From Blastocladiella emersonii ATCC 22665 (Eukaryota > Fungi > Blastocladiomycota): a stretch of 64,000 bases of DNA. How positions within the stretch are numbered: the first letter of the stretch is position 1; each line of letters opens with the position of its first letter. Below are positions 42,861 to 55,776 of this stretch, piece after piece. The stretch is from positions 434,001 to 498,000 of the forward strand of contig JANHCV010000002.1 of the NCBI GenBank assembly GCA_025594325.1, given 5' to 3'. The notes below the pieces were generated by a model, which was not told the DNA's origin, ran no database searches, and saw only the letters and a list, made by a program, of their open reading frames with translations. The position numbers and the translations under genes are program-made.

Positions 42861-44101
42861 TGATGGGTGGCTGTGAGGAAGGAGCGAGGAGGATGCGGGG
42901 ACCCAGGGCGAGCTGCTTATAGCTGACCGAGCGGCTGACCTCGCTGCACTGACTGGCGAGGCACTGCGCACGACGTGATATGCCGAGGGCGACATGATAA
43001 AGCCTATTTTTGGCCGTCCTCGCGCACCCAGCCAGTCAGTTGCGCGTGGGGGACTGCCAAGAAACGGACGCGAGACACCGTCGCGAGGCAAAAACGCGTC
43101 TCGCACCCCGCACGTGAGTTTCGCGTGACTAATACAACGCGTTAATCGAGACCCTTTCGTGCCAAAAGCACACTCGTTACATCGTACACTCGAAGAGAAT
43201 GATGTCAAGGACGCGACTTCGGGTTGCGGAAGAGCGCTAGGACGCGTCGCGAGGCGACTCGTTAAGACGGGCGACCTCGCTCACTTCTCCCCGCACCCAA
43301 GTTGCTTGCCTCCTCACTCATCCATGTTGGTTTTGACGCGAAGAATCTATTTTACATTGAGAGAGAGAGAAAGAAAGGAAAGGAAGGAAAGAGAGTCTGG
43401 GCTACCACAGATGCCGCGCCAACGCACAATGCTCGATCCGCTGCGTGATCGCCGTGATCGTGCCCGCGTTGTTATCGGGACACACGACGACCGACCTTGG
43501 CGTCGCGAGGGGCGACGACACCGAGGTCGGTGTAGCCATCTCGCGCAGGGGCGTGAGCGCGAGCGACGACCGCCGCCGCTGCTCGGCGAGGGGCATGATG
43601 AGCGGGGACAGCGGCGCGTCGTGTGGCGTGCGTGGGAGGGTGCTGGGGCTGCGGGCCGCAAAGGTGCGAGGGTGCGGGTGGCGAGGCAGCACGAGCGGCG
43701 CGGGTGGAGGTGTGGCGCGCGAGAGCGTCGGCGGGGAGATGGAGCGGGAGAGGGGTGCGGGAGGTGGGAGAGGTGCTGCTGCTGGCGGCGGGGGTGGTGG
43801 TGGCGAGCTCGAGAGCTTGATGATGAGGTGCGTCGTCGTCGTGGTCTCGGGCTCGGTCACGATGCCGCCGCCGAGCGAGCGTGAGGTAGATGATGAGGGT
43901 GGAGAGGGTGTTGGTTCTACTTCTTGTACACGTTGGTTTCCGGGTTGCTGATTTTTTTCTTCGTCGTTGGTGGTGTTGGTGTGGGGTGTGGGCCCGCTGG
44001 CGTCGGCCCGCGACAGATTCCCGCCGTCCTCGTCGACTTCTACGTCGTCGTCGTCGTCATCCTCGTCGAGGAGAACGGGCGCCCACGTGTCGAGAGCCGA
44101 C

Positions 44102-47100
44102 TTAAAAGGGCGCGAACGCGTTGGGGTTGCGGAGGGCGACCCACTTGTCCTCGTTATCGGCGTACACCTTCCAGCCGAGCTGCGCGACGAGGTCCTTGCG
44201 GATCGCGAGCGCCTTCTTGACCGTGTCGACGTTGCCCGAGGTCAGCGCGGTATCGGCAACAAACTTGTTGGCGACCTTGAGGGCGGCGCCGACGTGGCCC
44301 TGGGCGACGAGCTGCGGGACGACGAGCTGGAGGAGCTCGAGCGACGGCACCGAGTCCTGCTTGTCGGCGGGGAGCGCCCACTGCTTGTACTCGGCGAGCG
44401 CCGCGGCAAAGTCGGCGTGGTCGGCGCCGTGCGCGGCGAGCAGCGCGTGCGCGCGCTTGAGCAGAGCCGCGACGAGCGACGCCTTGCGTGCCTCGGCCGC
44501 CTTGCGCGTCGCCGACGGCTTGTCGGCCTCGTGCGCCGTCAGGGCGAGGTCGCCGGCGACGTCCTTGCGGTCGATGGCGGCGATCACGGCGTCGGCGGCG
44601 GCCAGCACGGCCGCGTGGTCGGCGGCGGGCGCGAGCTCGAGCAGCGCGTCGAGCAGCGGCAGGTGCGCTGGGTGCGCGGCGGCGAGCTCGGCGGCCAGCG
44701 CGGCGCGCGCGGACTCGTCGTCCTTGAGCGTCTTGAGGTGCGCGATCTGCAGGTCGCGGATCTGCTCGGCGAGCGTGGGCTTGGGCTCGGCGTCCGACTT
44801 GTCGGACGACGACGACGACGACGACTTCTTCTCCTTGGCGGCGGGCCCGTTGGTGATGGCGACGGCGAAGGCGCCGAACCCGCCGTCGATCTTGCCCTTG
44901 GTGCCCTCGGTCAGCGCGACCGAGCCGACGAGCAGGTCGCCGGGCTTGGCGTCCTTGACGTCGGCGGGGAGGACGGCGAAGGCGACGCGGCGGTCGCCGC
45001 GGGTCAGGGTGAGCTTGCCGAGCTTGGACCCGCGGGTCACAGCGTCGGCGTACGTCGTGTAGAGGTCGACAGACGCGCCCTTGGGCGCGGGGAAGTCGAG
45101 GGCGAGGGGCAGGTCGCGCAGCTTCTCGAGGACGGCGACGGCGTCGTGGCGGATCTGCACGCGCACCGTGTAGTCGCCCTTGTCGAGCTTGATCGACTTG
45201 GCGTAGATGTCGTGGGTGGCCAGCAGGCGCTGCGCCGCGTCGTGGATCAGGACCAGGAACGCGTCGTACGGCGCGTCGTACAGGACGTTACCGATCCCGG
45301 GGAACCGCGGCGTGACCGACGCGGCGGCGTCGAGCTTGACGTTGTACGTGTGCACGAGCTGGTACACCTGGCGCGTGTCCGGGGTCAGGTCGCGCGTGGC
45401 CGAGAGCGGCGAGATGACGGCCGACGCGGGGCGGATGAACTTGCGCAGGTTGTCGACGGTGAGGCCGACGGTCACGGCGTTCTCGCTGCCGAGGTGCGAC
45501 GCGATCTCGATGCGCGACACGGCGTCGCCCTGGACGAGCGGGGCGGGGACCGTCACCTCGACGCCGTGGAACACGACCTCGACGTCGACGACGTGCGACG
45601 ACGCCGAGCTCCACCACTGCGCGAGGCACAGCTCCATGGTGATCCCGGGGAGCACGCGCTGGCGCTTGGCCTCGAACACGTCGGGCTCGTTGGTGCGCAG
45701 CGCGAACTTGTACGTCTGGCCGTGGTCGGGGTACCGGTTCTGCGGCGCGAGCTGCAGCGTGCGCACGAGGTAGATGGCGGACGTGGTGCCGGAGCCCGTC
45801 GTGGCGGGGTTACCGGGGGCCGGGGCCGCGCGCACGACAATGTCGGCGAAGGTGGCGTGCTCGGGGACCGCAATGAACTTGCGCTCGATGCGGCCGGCGG
45901 ACGTCGGCACCTCCTTGAAGGCGATGGCGGCGGCGCCCTCGGCGGGGACCGCGTGCGGCTTGCACACGGTCACGGGGATCGTGAACAGCGCGCCCTTGGC
46001 CTTGTTGGTCGTGTCCCACGCGGCCACGTACCCGGCGTGCAGGCCGGGCGTGAGCAGGTGCGCGTCGACCTCGAGCGGCAGGCTGCGGCCGTCGGCCGTC
46101 ATGTGCGCGAACGCGGGCGCGCGGATCCACGGGTGCGACGGGATCAGGGCGAGGCGCAGGTCGAGCGACAGCTTGGCGTTGTTGAGGGCGTCGCGGGCGT
46201 CGTCCGACGGCTCGGGGACCGTGAGCTCGGGGGCCGTCTCGAGGTCGACAAAGTACTGGTCGGCCCAGTCGGGCTTGACGGCGGGGAGCGGGAACTCGGC
46301 GGCGACGGTGGCCGTGGCGGCGTAGGGGCGGTGGGTCTCGGCGTACCCGCGCAGGTACACGCCGCGGGCCTTGGCGTCGCCGATCGAGACGCGGAAGTTG
46401 ACGTCCTGGTCGACGGCGTCCTTGTGGGCGATCAGGTGCGTGAAGGCCTTGTCGGTCTGGATGAAGGGCCGCTTGAACGGGTCTGTCTCGACGGGGGTGC
46501 CCGTGGCCTGGATCGCCTTGAGGATGCGGTAGCTGTTGAGCTTCTTGCCGGCGACCTCCTTCTTCCAGCCCGAGACGAGCAGGGCGAGGTTGCCGCACGC
46601 GTTGGGCGACGACATGGACGTGCCGTTCATGAGCTGCAGCTTGGCGAGCTGGTAGGTAGGCACGGCGGTAATCGCGCTTCCCGGACTGTACACATCGACG
46701 CCCCAATCGCCGTCGTACGTCGGCCCGCGCGACGACCACGTGTACGCGCGCTCGGGGACGTTGTTGTTGACGAGCGCGTACTCGGCGGCCATCTGGTTGT
46801 GGCCGACGTGCGCGCCGACCGAGATCACGCCCTCGGTGGTACCGCCGGGCGCGCCGACGGTGGTGAGCGCGGGGCCGGCGTTACCCGCGGACGACACGAC
46901 GATCACGCCGTGGCGGCGCACGGCCTGCTCGCGCAGCAGCTCGATGAAGCGGCCCGTGTCCGACACGTGCGACGCCTCGCCGTACGAGATGTTGCACAGG
47001 TCGACCTTGTTCTGCACCATGGCCAGCACGGCGCGCGACAGCGCCGCGCCCGTCTCCATGGACCCGAGGCGCGTGTCGCCGATGCGGATCGAGACGATCT

Positions 47101-48073
47101 GCGCGCCGGGCGCGATGCCGTTGAGCGCGGGCTCCTCGGGGAAGTTGGCGGCGGCGATGGCTACACGTGGCGGGTTGCGGTGTGTTAGCCCGAGAAGGAC
47201 GGGAGTAGCACGGTGAGCAAAACGGACCAGCGACGTGGGTGCCGTGGGAGCCCGAGAGCGTGACGATCGAGACCGTGTCGGCGTTATCGTAGACGTTGAC
47301 GGAGAAGGCGAGGTTGTCGACGACGCCGAACCGGTGGTACTGGCCCTCGAAGCGGTACGAGGCGAGGGCGGGCTGGTCGCGCAGGTCGCCCGACTCGTTG
47401 GTGTCGACGACGACACGCCAGTGGGTGCCGTCGTAGAAGGCGACCACGTCGTAGACGGGGCCGGCGTCGTCGTACTTGTCGGCGAGCGCCTTGAGGGCGT
47501 CGATGCGGTCCTGGGCCTCCTTCTTGGCCGCGTCGCCGTCGGCGGCCGCGAGCTCGGCCTGCAGACCGGCCTCGATGCGCGCGTGCTGCACGGCAAACTC
47601 GGCCTTGCGCTCGCGCGTGACGCGGCCGAGCACGGGGCCGAACAGGCTGAAGCCGCGCAGCAGGCCGACGCGGTAGGTGCCCGAGGGGACCGTCCACTTG
47701 TCGCTGAGGACGAGGCGGCGGCCCGTCGCGCCGACCAGCGTCAGGGCGTCGTCGGCGTGCGGCTCGGCCTTGACGGGCTTGCCCATGCTCACGTCGCCGG
47801 CGCCCGTCGCGTCGACAATGTCGATGATCTTGGGCTTGCCGTCGGACGTGACCTGCATGCCGGGCGCCGTCGGGTCGACGCCCGTGTCGAGGATCGCGAT
47901 GACCGAGTTGCGGCCGTCGTACTCGGGGTTCTTGGTGATGAAGGCGGACGCCTCCGTCTCCTGTGGGCGGGAAGGTGGACGTGAGCGACCTGCGGGAGAG
48001 CGCTGGAGGGTGCGCGGCGCCGTACATCCTTGGGCAGAAGGCCCTGCACGGGGAAGGCGTCGATCTTGGTCAT
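44102..48073 (-). CDS. TPP2: Tripeptidyl peptidase II (S8); exons 48073-48026, 47960-47228, 47160-44102
   Basis: GLLPKDETEA, ILDTGVDP (Asp), SHGTHVA (His), NGIAPGAQIVS, LMNGTSMSSPN (Ser), TPPII-type C-terminus ending NAFAPF*. Confidence 0.95.
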
Positions 48074-48402
48074 GGCGGCGAGGTGGTTGATACGTTGCAG
48101 GGTACGTGGAGCACGTCAAGGGGAGCACCTCCACGGGCGAGCGGGGGGCCGGCCGAGCTTTATAGGGCTCCCGCTGCTGTCTACCGCTCTCCCTGTCCTG
48201 TTGTTCCTGCCGCGTCATGACCAACAGCAAACGATGTCAGCCAGCGTGTAAACTCGCGGGCCGGGCCGCGGCGTAGCGCGTCGGTCTCGCCGGACTCTGC
48301 CGCCGCTCACGCGGAACTGAGACGCGATCCAATCGATCCAATCGCGTGCTCGCTGCTGCTCCCCAGCAAAACCAACGGAAACCCGCGTTTCGCCGGCGAT
48401 TC

Positions 48403-48470
48403 CTATTCTGCCCCCCAGCCGGTTATCCTGCCCCCCGCGGCTATTCTGCCCCCTCGGCTATTCTGCCCCC
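48403..48470. repeat. Four tandem copies of (C/T)TAT(T/C)CTGCCCCC in the TPP2/kinase divergent promoter
   Basis: Copies at about 48403, 48423, 48441 and 48458; four G5-G6 runs on the minus strand. Confidence 0.8.
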
Positions 48471-49129
48471 AAGCCACGGTCACATGATATCGCGACGCGT
48501 CGATTTCCCGCGGCCGGCCGCCGTTATCACGTTTCGCCACCGCCACGTGAACTGCACGCCGTGCCTCGCGCGCCTCGCGCCTCGCGCCGCGCACGTGCGT
48601 GGTGGCGGGACGCGTCGCGCGACGCGCCTCGCGCAGAATGTCTCCCCCCACTTCGGCCTTGGCCACTTTGTTCATTTCCCGCCCGCCCGTGCCGACTGGT
48701 CGCGCCGCGCCGTGCCGCCTGCTCCGCCCGCCCCCGCGCTCCTTCCCATCAGCCAGCCGCTCGCTCGCGGACAGAGCTCCGACCGATCGCGTCTCCGCGC
48801 ACCCTCACTCTCTCGACAACTTACCGCCACGCCTACCACCACTCCATGCAGCTTCGATCCGCAGCGGCAGCGACTACGACTCCCTGCCCCTGCCCCATCC
48901 GTTGCTGCTAGACACAGGCGACTAGACTAGACGCGGTAGCAGCGCGCGCGCGGGTCACCTGCCCCGCCTCTCCCACCCACCACCTATACTCGACTAGATC
49001 CGACTTTTTCGCTCGCCCCTGCTCGCTCGCTCCTTTCGGCTGCTGCTGCGGGCTATAGACGACTACTAGACCAAGACGGGACACGACTGCGCCCACCGAC
49101 TCGAAGCTGGCCTTCGACTCGCCACCACC

Positions 49130-51417
49130 ATGTCCACGTACAACTCGCCCGCGACGCCCACCGCGGGAGGCGCCCCGGCCCCCGCCCCGGCCGCCGGCGG
49201 CGAGGCCCCGCCAACACGACCGTCCAAGACGTCGCGCATCGGGCCCTACATCATGACCAAGACGCTCGGCATGGGCTCGACCGGTACCTTCTCTTCCACC
49301 GACCCGACGCACCGCGATCACTCACCCCCGAACCCCCCAAAACTGTAGGCCGCGTCAAGCTCGGCGTGCACCACCGGACCAACCAGAAAGTAGCGGTCAA
49401 GATCATCCCAAAGCAGGCCATGAGCAACGGGCAGGCGCAGAACCTGGCGCGCAAGATCGAGCGCGAGATTGTGATCATGAAGCTGGTCCAGCACCCGAAC
49501 GTGATGCAACTGTACGACGTGTACGAGACGGACGACGAGCTGTACCTGGTCCTCGAGCACGTCGAGGGCGGCGAGCTCTTCGACTACCTCGTCAAGCGCG
49601 GCCGCCTCGACGAGCGCGAGGCGTGCACCTTCTTCCAGCAGATCATTTTCGGGCTGGATTACTGCCACAAGCACCAGATCTGGTCCGTACCCCTCATCGT
49701 TCCGCTCCACGAGCTCGCGCTGACACTTCGTGGGTGTAGCCACCGCGACCTCAAGCCAGAAAACCTGCTGCTCGACTCGCAGCGGCGCATCAAGATCGCC
49801 GACTTTGGGATGGCGAGCATACAGCAGTCGGGCAAGATGCTTGAGACATCGTGCGGGTCGCCGCACTACGCGTCGCCCGAGATCATCAAGGGCATCAAGT
49901 ACGACGGCGCCCTGTCGGACATTTGGTCGTGCGGCGTGATCCTGTACGCGCTGCTGTCGGGCAACCTCCCCTTCGACGACGAGAACATCCGCCGGCTGCT
50001 CTCGAAAGTCAAGACGGGCAAGTTCTACATGCCGCCGCACATCTCGCCCGACGCGCAGGACCTGATCGCGCGCATGCTGCACGTCGAGCCCGACCAGCGG
50101 CTGCGCATGGCCGACGTGGTCGCGCACCCGTGGTTCAGCACGGTCCCGCCGCAGATGGACCTGCAGAAACCCGTCTCGGACAACATCCTCAAGCACGTCG
50201 CCGTGGCCCCCGCCAACATCGACGACGATATCGTCAAGTCGCTCAACCTGCTCGGCTGGGTCGACGAGCCCGCCCTCCTCGCCGCGCTCACGTCCGCGCA
50301 GCCGAGCGCGGAGAAGATCTACTACCACCTGCTCAACCAGCGCAAGCAGGAGTACATTGCCAACTACGCGGCCGAGGACGACGAGCTCGACGACGACCCG
50401 ATGACGCCCCTCGGCGGCGGCATGGGCGGCGACGACGGCCTCCCGCGCCGCCGCGCAGAGTCCCTCGCGTCCGTCTTCACCGACCGCGACCGCACCCGCC
50501 ACGGCCGGTCCGAGAACTCGCTCGTCACCGACTCGCAGGCCAACCTCCTCGCCGGTGGGGGTTCGCCGCACGCGACCCACCACCACAACCCGCACGCGCC
50601 CAGCCCGCTGCACCACGCGGCGTCGGGCACCGCGAGCGTCGGCCACTCGCGCCCGGGCTCGGGCGCCGGCACGCCCGCGCGCGGCGGGTCCAACCCGCAC
50701 ATGCTCAGTCCCGCCCAAAACGGCGGCGGGTCGGCGTCCGACTTCCGCGGCCGCGTGCAGAGCTCGGTCGACCCGCCCGCCTCCGGCTCCGCCAAACGCG
50801 CGGCGGGGACCGCGGGCAGCGGCGGCGAGCTACACGTCACGATCCCCGCCGGATCACCAACCTCGTCCCCCGGCACGCCGCGGTTCCACCGCAAGCCGCG
50901 CGGCGGGAGCCCGCTCGCGGGCGGCGGGTCGACGTCGGCGGGGTCGGGCACGCTGTCGTCGAACGAGCTCACGACGCCCGTCTCGGCGAGCGGCAGCGGG
51001 GCCCCGAAACGGTCGTGGTTCGCGGCGCTCATGGCCAACTTCAAGCCCGAGTCGATCACGGTGATCCACCGCGCGCCGGTCTCGGCGACGCTCGCGGTGC
51101 TGCGGACCGCGCTGCCCGAGATGCACGTCAAGGTGCAGGAGGGGCGGCGCAACGGGCTCAAGTGCAAGCTCGACGAGGCCACGGTCGCCGCGCTGCTCGG
51201 TGGTGCGGCGGTGCCCGCGGCGACGGGGGATGGGGGCGAGCACGCGGTGCGCAGCGTCAAGTTCCGCATCGACGTGAGCGAGGCGCCGGGCACCTCGGCT
51301 ACGGGGTCGGTCGGCGGCGACCCGGCGTCGGCGCTCGCCTTCAGCTTGCAGCAGGGGCCCATGGCGGGCCTGCACCGCGTGCTCGAGCAGCTGGCGGCCA
51401 TTGGCATCGGCCAGTGA
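49130..51417 (+). CDS. CAMK-group Ser/Thr kinase, Gin4/Hsl1/BRSK(SAD)-like; introns 49284-49348, 49683-49739
   Basis: LGMGSTGRVKLG, VAVKII, IEREIVIMKL, CHRDLKPEN, IADFG, TSCGSPHYASPE, UBA-like segment, C-terminal KRSWF plus KA1-like domain. Confidence 0.92.
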
Positions 51418-51507
51418 GCTTGACCGTCGGAAGGAGACTCTGGAGGAGTTGCAGGGCAAAAACGCGAATATACATAGGAAATCTCAAAGCCACCACGACT
51501 ACACACA

Positions 51508-54500
51508 TCACATCCCGGCAGCCGCCGACGACGTGAACCTGAGCACGCCGTCCGCGAACACCCCATCAACACCCGCGCGTTCCTGGGCGAGGACGTTGGC
51601 GGGGACCGCGTTCTCCTCCCCAAACGTCGCGAGGAGGAGCCCGCTCTCCTTGACGGCCTGGACGAGCAGCGGGACCTGGACCATGGGCCGCGCAAAGCAC
51701 AGCACGCCGAGCATGTTGTTGGCTTTCGCGAACCGGATCGCGTCCTTGAGCGACGCATCCCCGTCGTGGCCGCCATCGTCGGCGGCGTCCACGTCCCGCG
51801 GCGGGTACCCGGCGTACGTGTTGAAGAAGACGGCGAAGTTCGGCTGCTTCCAGTTGACCGCGTTGCACACGTGGCGGTGGAACGAGCAGAACACGAGGCT
51901 GCGCGGCCGCCCCGCCGCCGCGTCGTCGTACACGGTCGCGAGCACGCGGTCGACGAACGGGTTCACGCCCATCGCCGCGGCGCCGTTGTCCGTGTACTTG
52001 AGCTCGATGACGAGCGCGACGTCGCGCGGTAGGCGCGCGAGACACTCGCCGAGCGTGAGGAAACTCCCACGGAGCGCGGCCGCGAGCCGCGTCGCGCTCG
52101 GGTGCAGCCCCAGGGCCGCGGGGTCCCACGCGGTGCCGGCGGACTGCGCGAGCGCGGCGAACTGCGCGGCCGTCAGGTGCGCGACGGGGACGCGGACCAG
52201 GTCGCCATGGACGGGGACCGCCGCGTCCGGGTACACGACGGGCACGCCGTCGCGCGTCACCTGCACGGGCACGTGCACGTACTTGTGCGCGAGCGAGGAG
52301 GCCGTGATGAGCGATGCGAGCCCGCCGTGGTGGCCAGAACCGGTACCGCCAGCGGCCGAGGCGACGCCCGAAGGAAGCACGGGGGAGGCCATGAGGCTCG
52401 ACACGCTGCCGGGCGCGGTCGCCGAGAGCCCCGTGGAGCCCGTCGCGGACGCGGAGGAGTTGAGCAGGCGCGACGACGACGTCGACGTCGCGGACGCCAT
52501 GGCGGGGACGACCTGCGTGGTCTTCCAGTAGGTCGCAATGGCGCCGCCGACCGAGAGCTTCGGGTGCGAGAAGGGCGAGATGAGCGAAAAGTCGATAGCG
52601 AGCTCGCCGACGAGGGCCATGGCGTCGAACAGGGGCACCGAGAGGCGGCCGGACGCGTTCCCGCGGCTGACGGCCGCGACGAGGTCGTGGGCGAGGACGG
52701 CGCCGCGCGCGATCGGCTTGGTGCCGTACGTCGGGAACACGTCGACGTGCAGGGCAAATTTGCCGAGGTCGGGCGCCTGGAACGCGTACACCTCGTGCTC
52801 GTCGTCCATGGGCAGGATCACCGTGTGCGGGATGGTCCCGCCCGTGTCGGGTTTCGCCGCAATCACGAGCCGCAGCGACGCCAGGTTCTGCGCGTACAGC
52901 GTCACGGGGCTCGCCGACGGGAACCCGAGCTGCACCTGGTACTTGGCCTCGAGGTACATGTGGCCGTAGATGCGGAACGGGAGGATCGGCGGCGGCAAAG
53001 CGAGCGACGGGATCGTGTCGAGGTCCATGTCCGTCGGCCCGTCGTGGTCGGCGCCCGCGGCCGGGTTCGACCCGGGCGAGCCCGACGTCGCCGTGAACAG
53101 CCGCGACGGCGCAATCGGCTGGATCGGCAACGGGCTCGGCGTCGTGTGCTGGTGGCGCAGCGGCGAGGGGCCAGCGCTTCCGAGAAGCGACGGCGTCATG
53201 GGCGCGACCGCAGCGACCGCCGCTGCAGCCGCCGCCTCGGCGAGCTGGCGCTGGCGCTCGCCCTCAGCGGCTTGTTCGAGCCACGCGACGAGGAGGGCGG
53301 CGACATCGATATGCCCGCGGTACAGAGCGTGGGCGAGGCACGTCCAGTTGGACTCGTCGAGGAGGTCGGCGCGGGCGCCCGTGTCGAGGAGGGCGCGGGC
53401 GCAGTCCATGTGTCCCTCGGCGGCGGCGTAGAAGAGCGGGGTCCAGTTGTAGTACTTGTCCGAGATATCGACCGACGGGGTGACGTGCTGGCACAGGAGG
53501 CGGGTGAGGTCAAGGTGGCCCTGCTTGGCGGCGATGTGGAGCGGGTGCAGCCCCTCCTCGGGGGCGAGCGGGGCGCCCTCGGCGATCAGCAGGGTGGCGA
53601 TCTCGACGTGGCCGTACTGGGCGGCGAGCGAGAGCAGGTGGTGCGGCTGGGTATCGATGCGCGACCCGTGGGTGAGGAGGAGCCCGACGAGCTCGGTGTT
53701 GCCCGCGATGATGGCGTAGATGAGCGGGGTGCACCCGTCGTGGTCGACGACGTGCGAGCGCGCGCCGAGCTCGAGGAACAGCGTGGCCATGGCGACGGCC
53801 GCGTTCAGCGCCGCGTAGTGCAGCGGGGTGCGCCCGTACACGTCGGCGGCGTCGAGGCTCGCGCCGTACTCGATGCACACGCGCACCGCGTCGACGGAGC
53901 CCGATAGCACCGCCGTGTGCAGGCAGGTGCGCTCGTTGATCTCGTCGCAGTACGCCACGTCCGGCAGCGTGCTGGCGAGGACCGCCGAGACGGTGGGCGC
54001 GTGGCCCGTCTTGCACGCGCGCTGCAGCACGCGCGACACGAGCGCGGTGCTGGTCGGGTTGCGCGTCACCTTGCCCAGCATGTCGGCGAGGCGGTCGGGC
54101 TGCGCGGCCTTGGCGGCCATGATGAGCTCGGACTCGAGGTCCTCGAGCGAGTCGGTGCGCGGGAGCACCCCCTGGCCGTGCGAGGCAGCAGCAGAAGAAG
54201 TCGAAGCGCCGGGGAGGGCCGAGTGCGCGTGGCGGGTCGGGTTGGCGGCGGGCGAGGCGACGGCGGCGAGGTCCATGTGGTTGAGCTCGGCGAGCTGGAC
54301 GGCGACGAGGTCGGTGAGCTCGGTGAGGGTGTCGCGGTTGAAGCACGGCTGGACCTCGATCTGGCGCGACAGGTAGAGCTCCTTGGTCGAGGATTTGGAC
54401 CGCTTGTCCCACTTCTTCAAAATCTTGCGGAAACCCGTCGCGTTGAGCTCGACGTACTGCTGCAGCTTGGTCAGGTCCTGCTGCAGCTGCCACAGGGCCT

Positions 54501-54971
54501 CCTGGATGGTGCGCAGGGTGACAGGGTTGCGCGACCCTTCGTGCACGAAGCGCTTCTTCTCGAGCAGGGTGCGCAGGCGGATGCCGAGGTCGTTCTCCTT
54601 GGTCATGTAGAAGGCGTTGACGCGCTCGAGCTCGCGCTCCAGCTTGAAGAAGAAGTTGGCCTTGAGCGCCTGCATCGGGTCGGCCGCCGCCGACGCGAGG
54701 GCGTAGTCGGCGGGCGAGAGCGCGCTGGTGCCCGACGCGGACGCGGCGGCGAGCGAAGGCGACACGGGCTGCGCGGCAATGGTGATGGCGTGGCCCTTGC
54801 GCGGGTCCTCGAGCACGTTGATGACCTTCTTGAGGGCCTTGTAGTTCATGTAGTGGGCCGACCACTCGGGCGTGGCCTGGCCCTGAATCTGCTTGCCGAA
54901 CTGGAGGGGAGGGATGGAGATGGTGAGCGATAGCCGCTTGTAGTGCAAGGATAACGGGCACACACCTTCAT
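51508..54971 (-). CDS. PHO81: SPX-ankyrin-GDPD protein (Pho81-like CDK inhibitor/phosphate sensor); 6-nt first exon, intron 54901-54965
   Basis: MK|FGKQIQ, YMNYKALKK, FFFKLERELERVNAFY, GFRKILKKWDK (SPX), ankyrin repeats, FRIYGHMYL, and GDPD-like VQVTRDGVPVV, IELKY, FCSF, IRFAKANNMLGV. Confidence 0.9.
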
Positions 54972-55478
54972 GGCGGCGACAGGTGCACCCGGACGGGGGT
55001 CGATCAGTCGGCGACGGGGCGACGGCGGAGCGTCAGGGCGGCGCGCGAGATGCGCAGAGGACGCTCCGAGGGAACGGGGAGGAGGTGGCGCGGGTGCGAG
55101 CGCAGGGTCGCACGGCCGGCGCTCGGGGCGGGCGGGGGGGCGGGAGAAGACGCAGAGCGGCGCAGATCAACTCGCCGTTGCGTCGAGTGGGTCGTGTTTA
55201 GAGCCGAGAGGGTAAACAACTAGGACAGGAGAGGCGACTCGGGCGGTGGCGGAGCGGCGACACGGCGAGAGCAGAACACGTTTCCCGCGTTGAAACGCCC
55301 CGCGCGTGTGGTCACGCTGCGCCCGCCGCTCCTTTGCGAGCGCCCCTCCTTTGCTCTCCGTTCCCGCTCGCTCGCGTCGCCGTCGTGAACCTCCCTCCCT
55401 CCCTACCAGCACCGCCTGCAACGCTACCGGCACCCAGTCACTGGCTGCAACGCATCTACCGCCCCGAGACCCGCAACC

Positions 55479-55776
55479 ATGGCCAAGGCAGCGCAGCCCG
55501 AGCTGAAAAAGTACATGGACCGCCGCGTCCAGTGCCAGGTGAACGCCAACCGCAAGATCACGGGCGTCCTGCGCGGCTACGACCCATTCCTCAACATTGT
55601 CCTCGACAACGCCTCCGAGGAGCTCAAGGGCGGCGAGAAGTTTGAGATCGGCACCGTGGTGCGTTTCGCTGCTCCTTCTCTCGTTCCGAACCCGTGCTCA
55701 CTCACGCTCCCCTCCCTGATAGGTCATCCGCGGCAACAGCGTCGTGATGCTCGAGGCATTGGACAAGATCTACTGA
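55479..55776 (+). CDS. SMX2: Small nuclear ribonucleoprotein G (SmG); intron 55659-55722
   Basis: PELKKYMDR..Q.NANRKITGVLRGYDPFLNIVLD..IG.V|VIRGNSVVMLEAL. Confidence 0.95.

Noticed and set aside
43355-43395. GA-rich microsatellite
   Set aside because: Ordinary simple repeat with no further structure.
43967-47188. 1073-aa plus-strand ORF
   Set aside because: Antisense shadow of TPP2 caused by high GC3; no motifs. The same applies to 24631-26538, 29413-31188, 52102-53907, 9431-10927 and 19952-21487.
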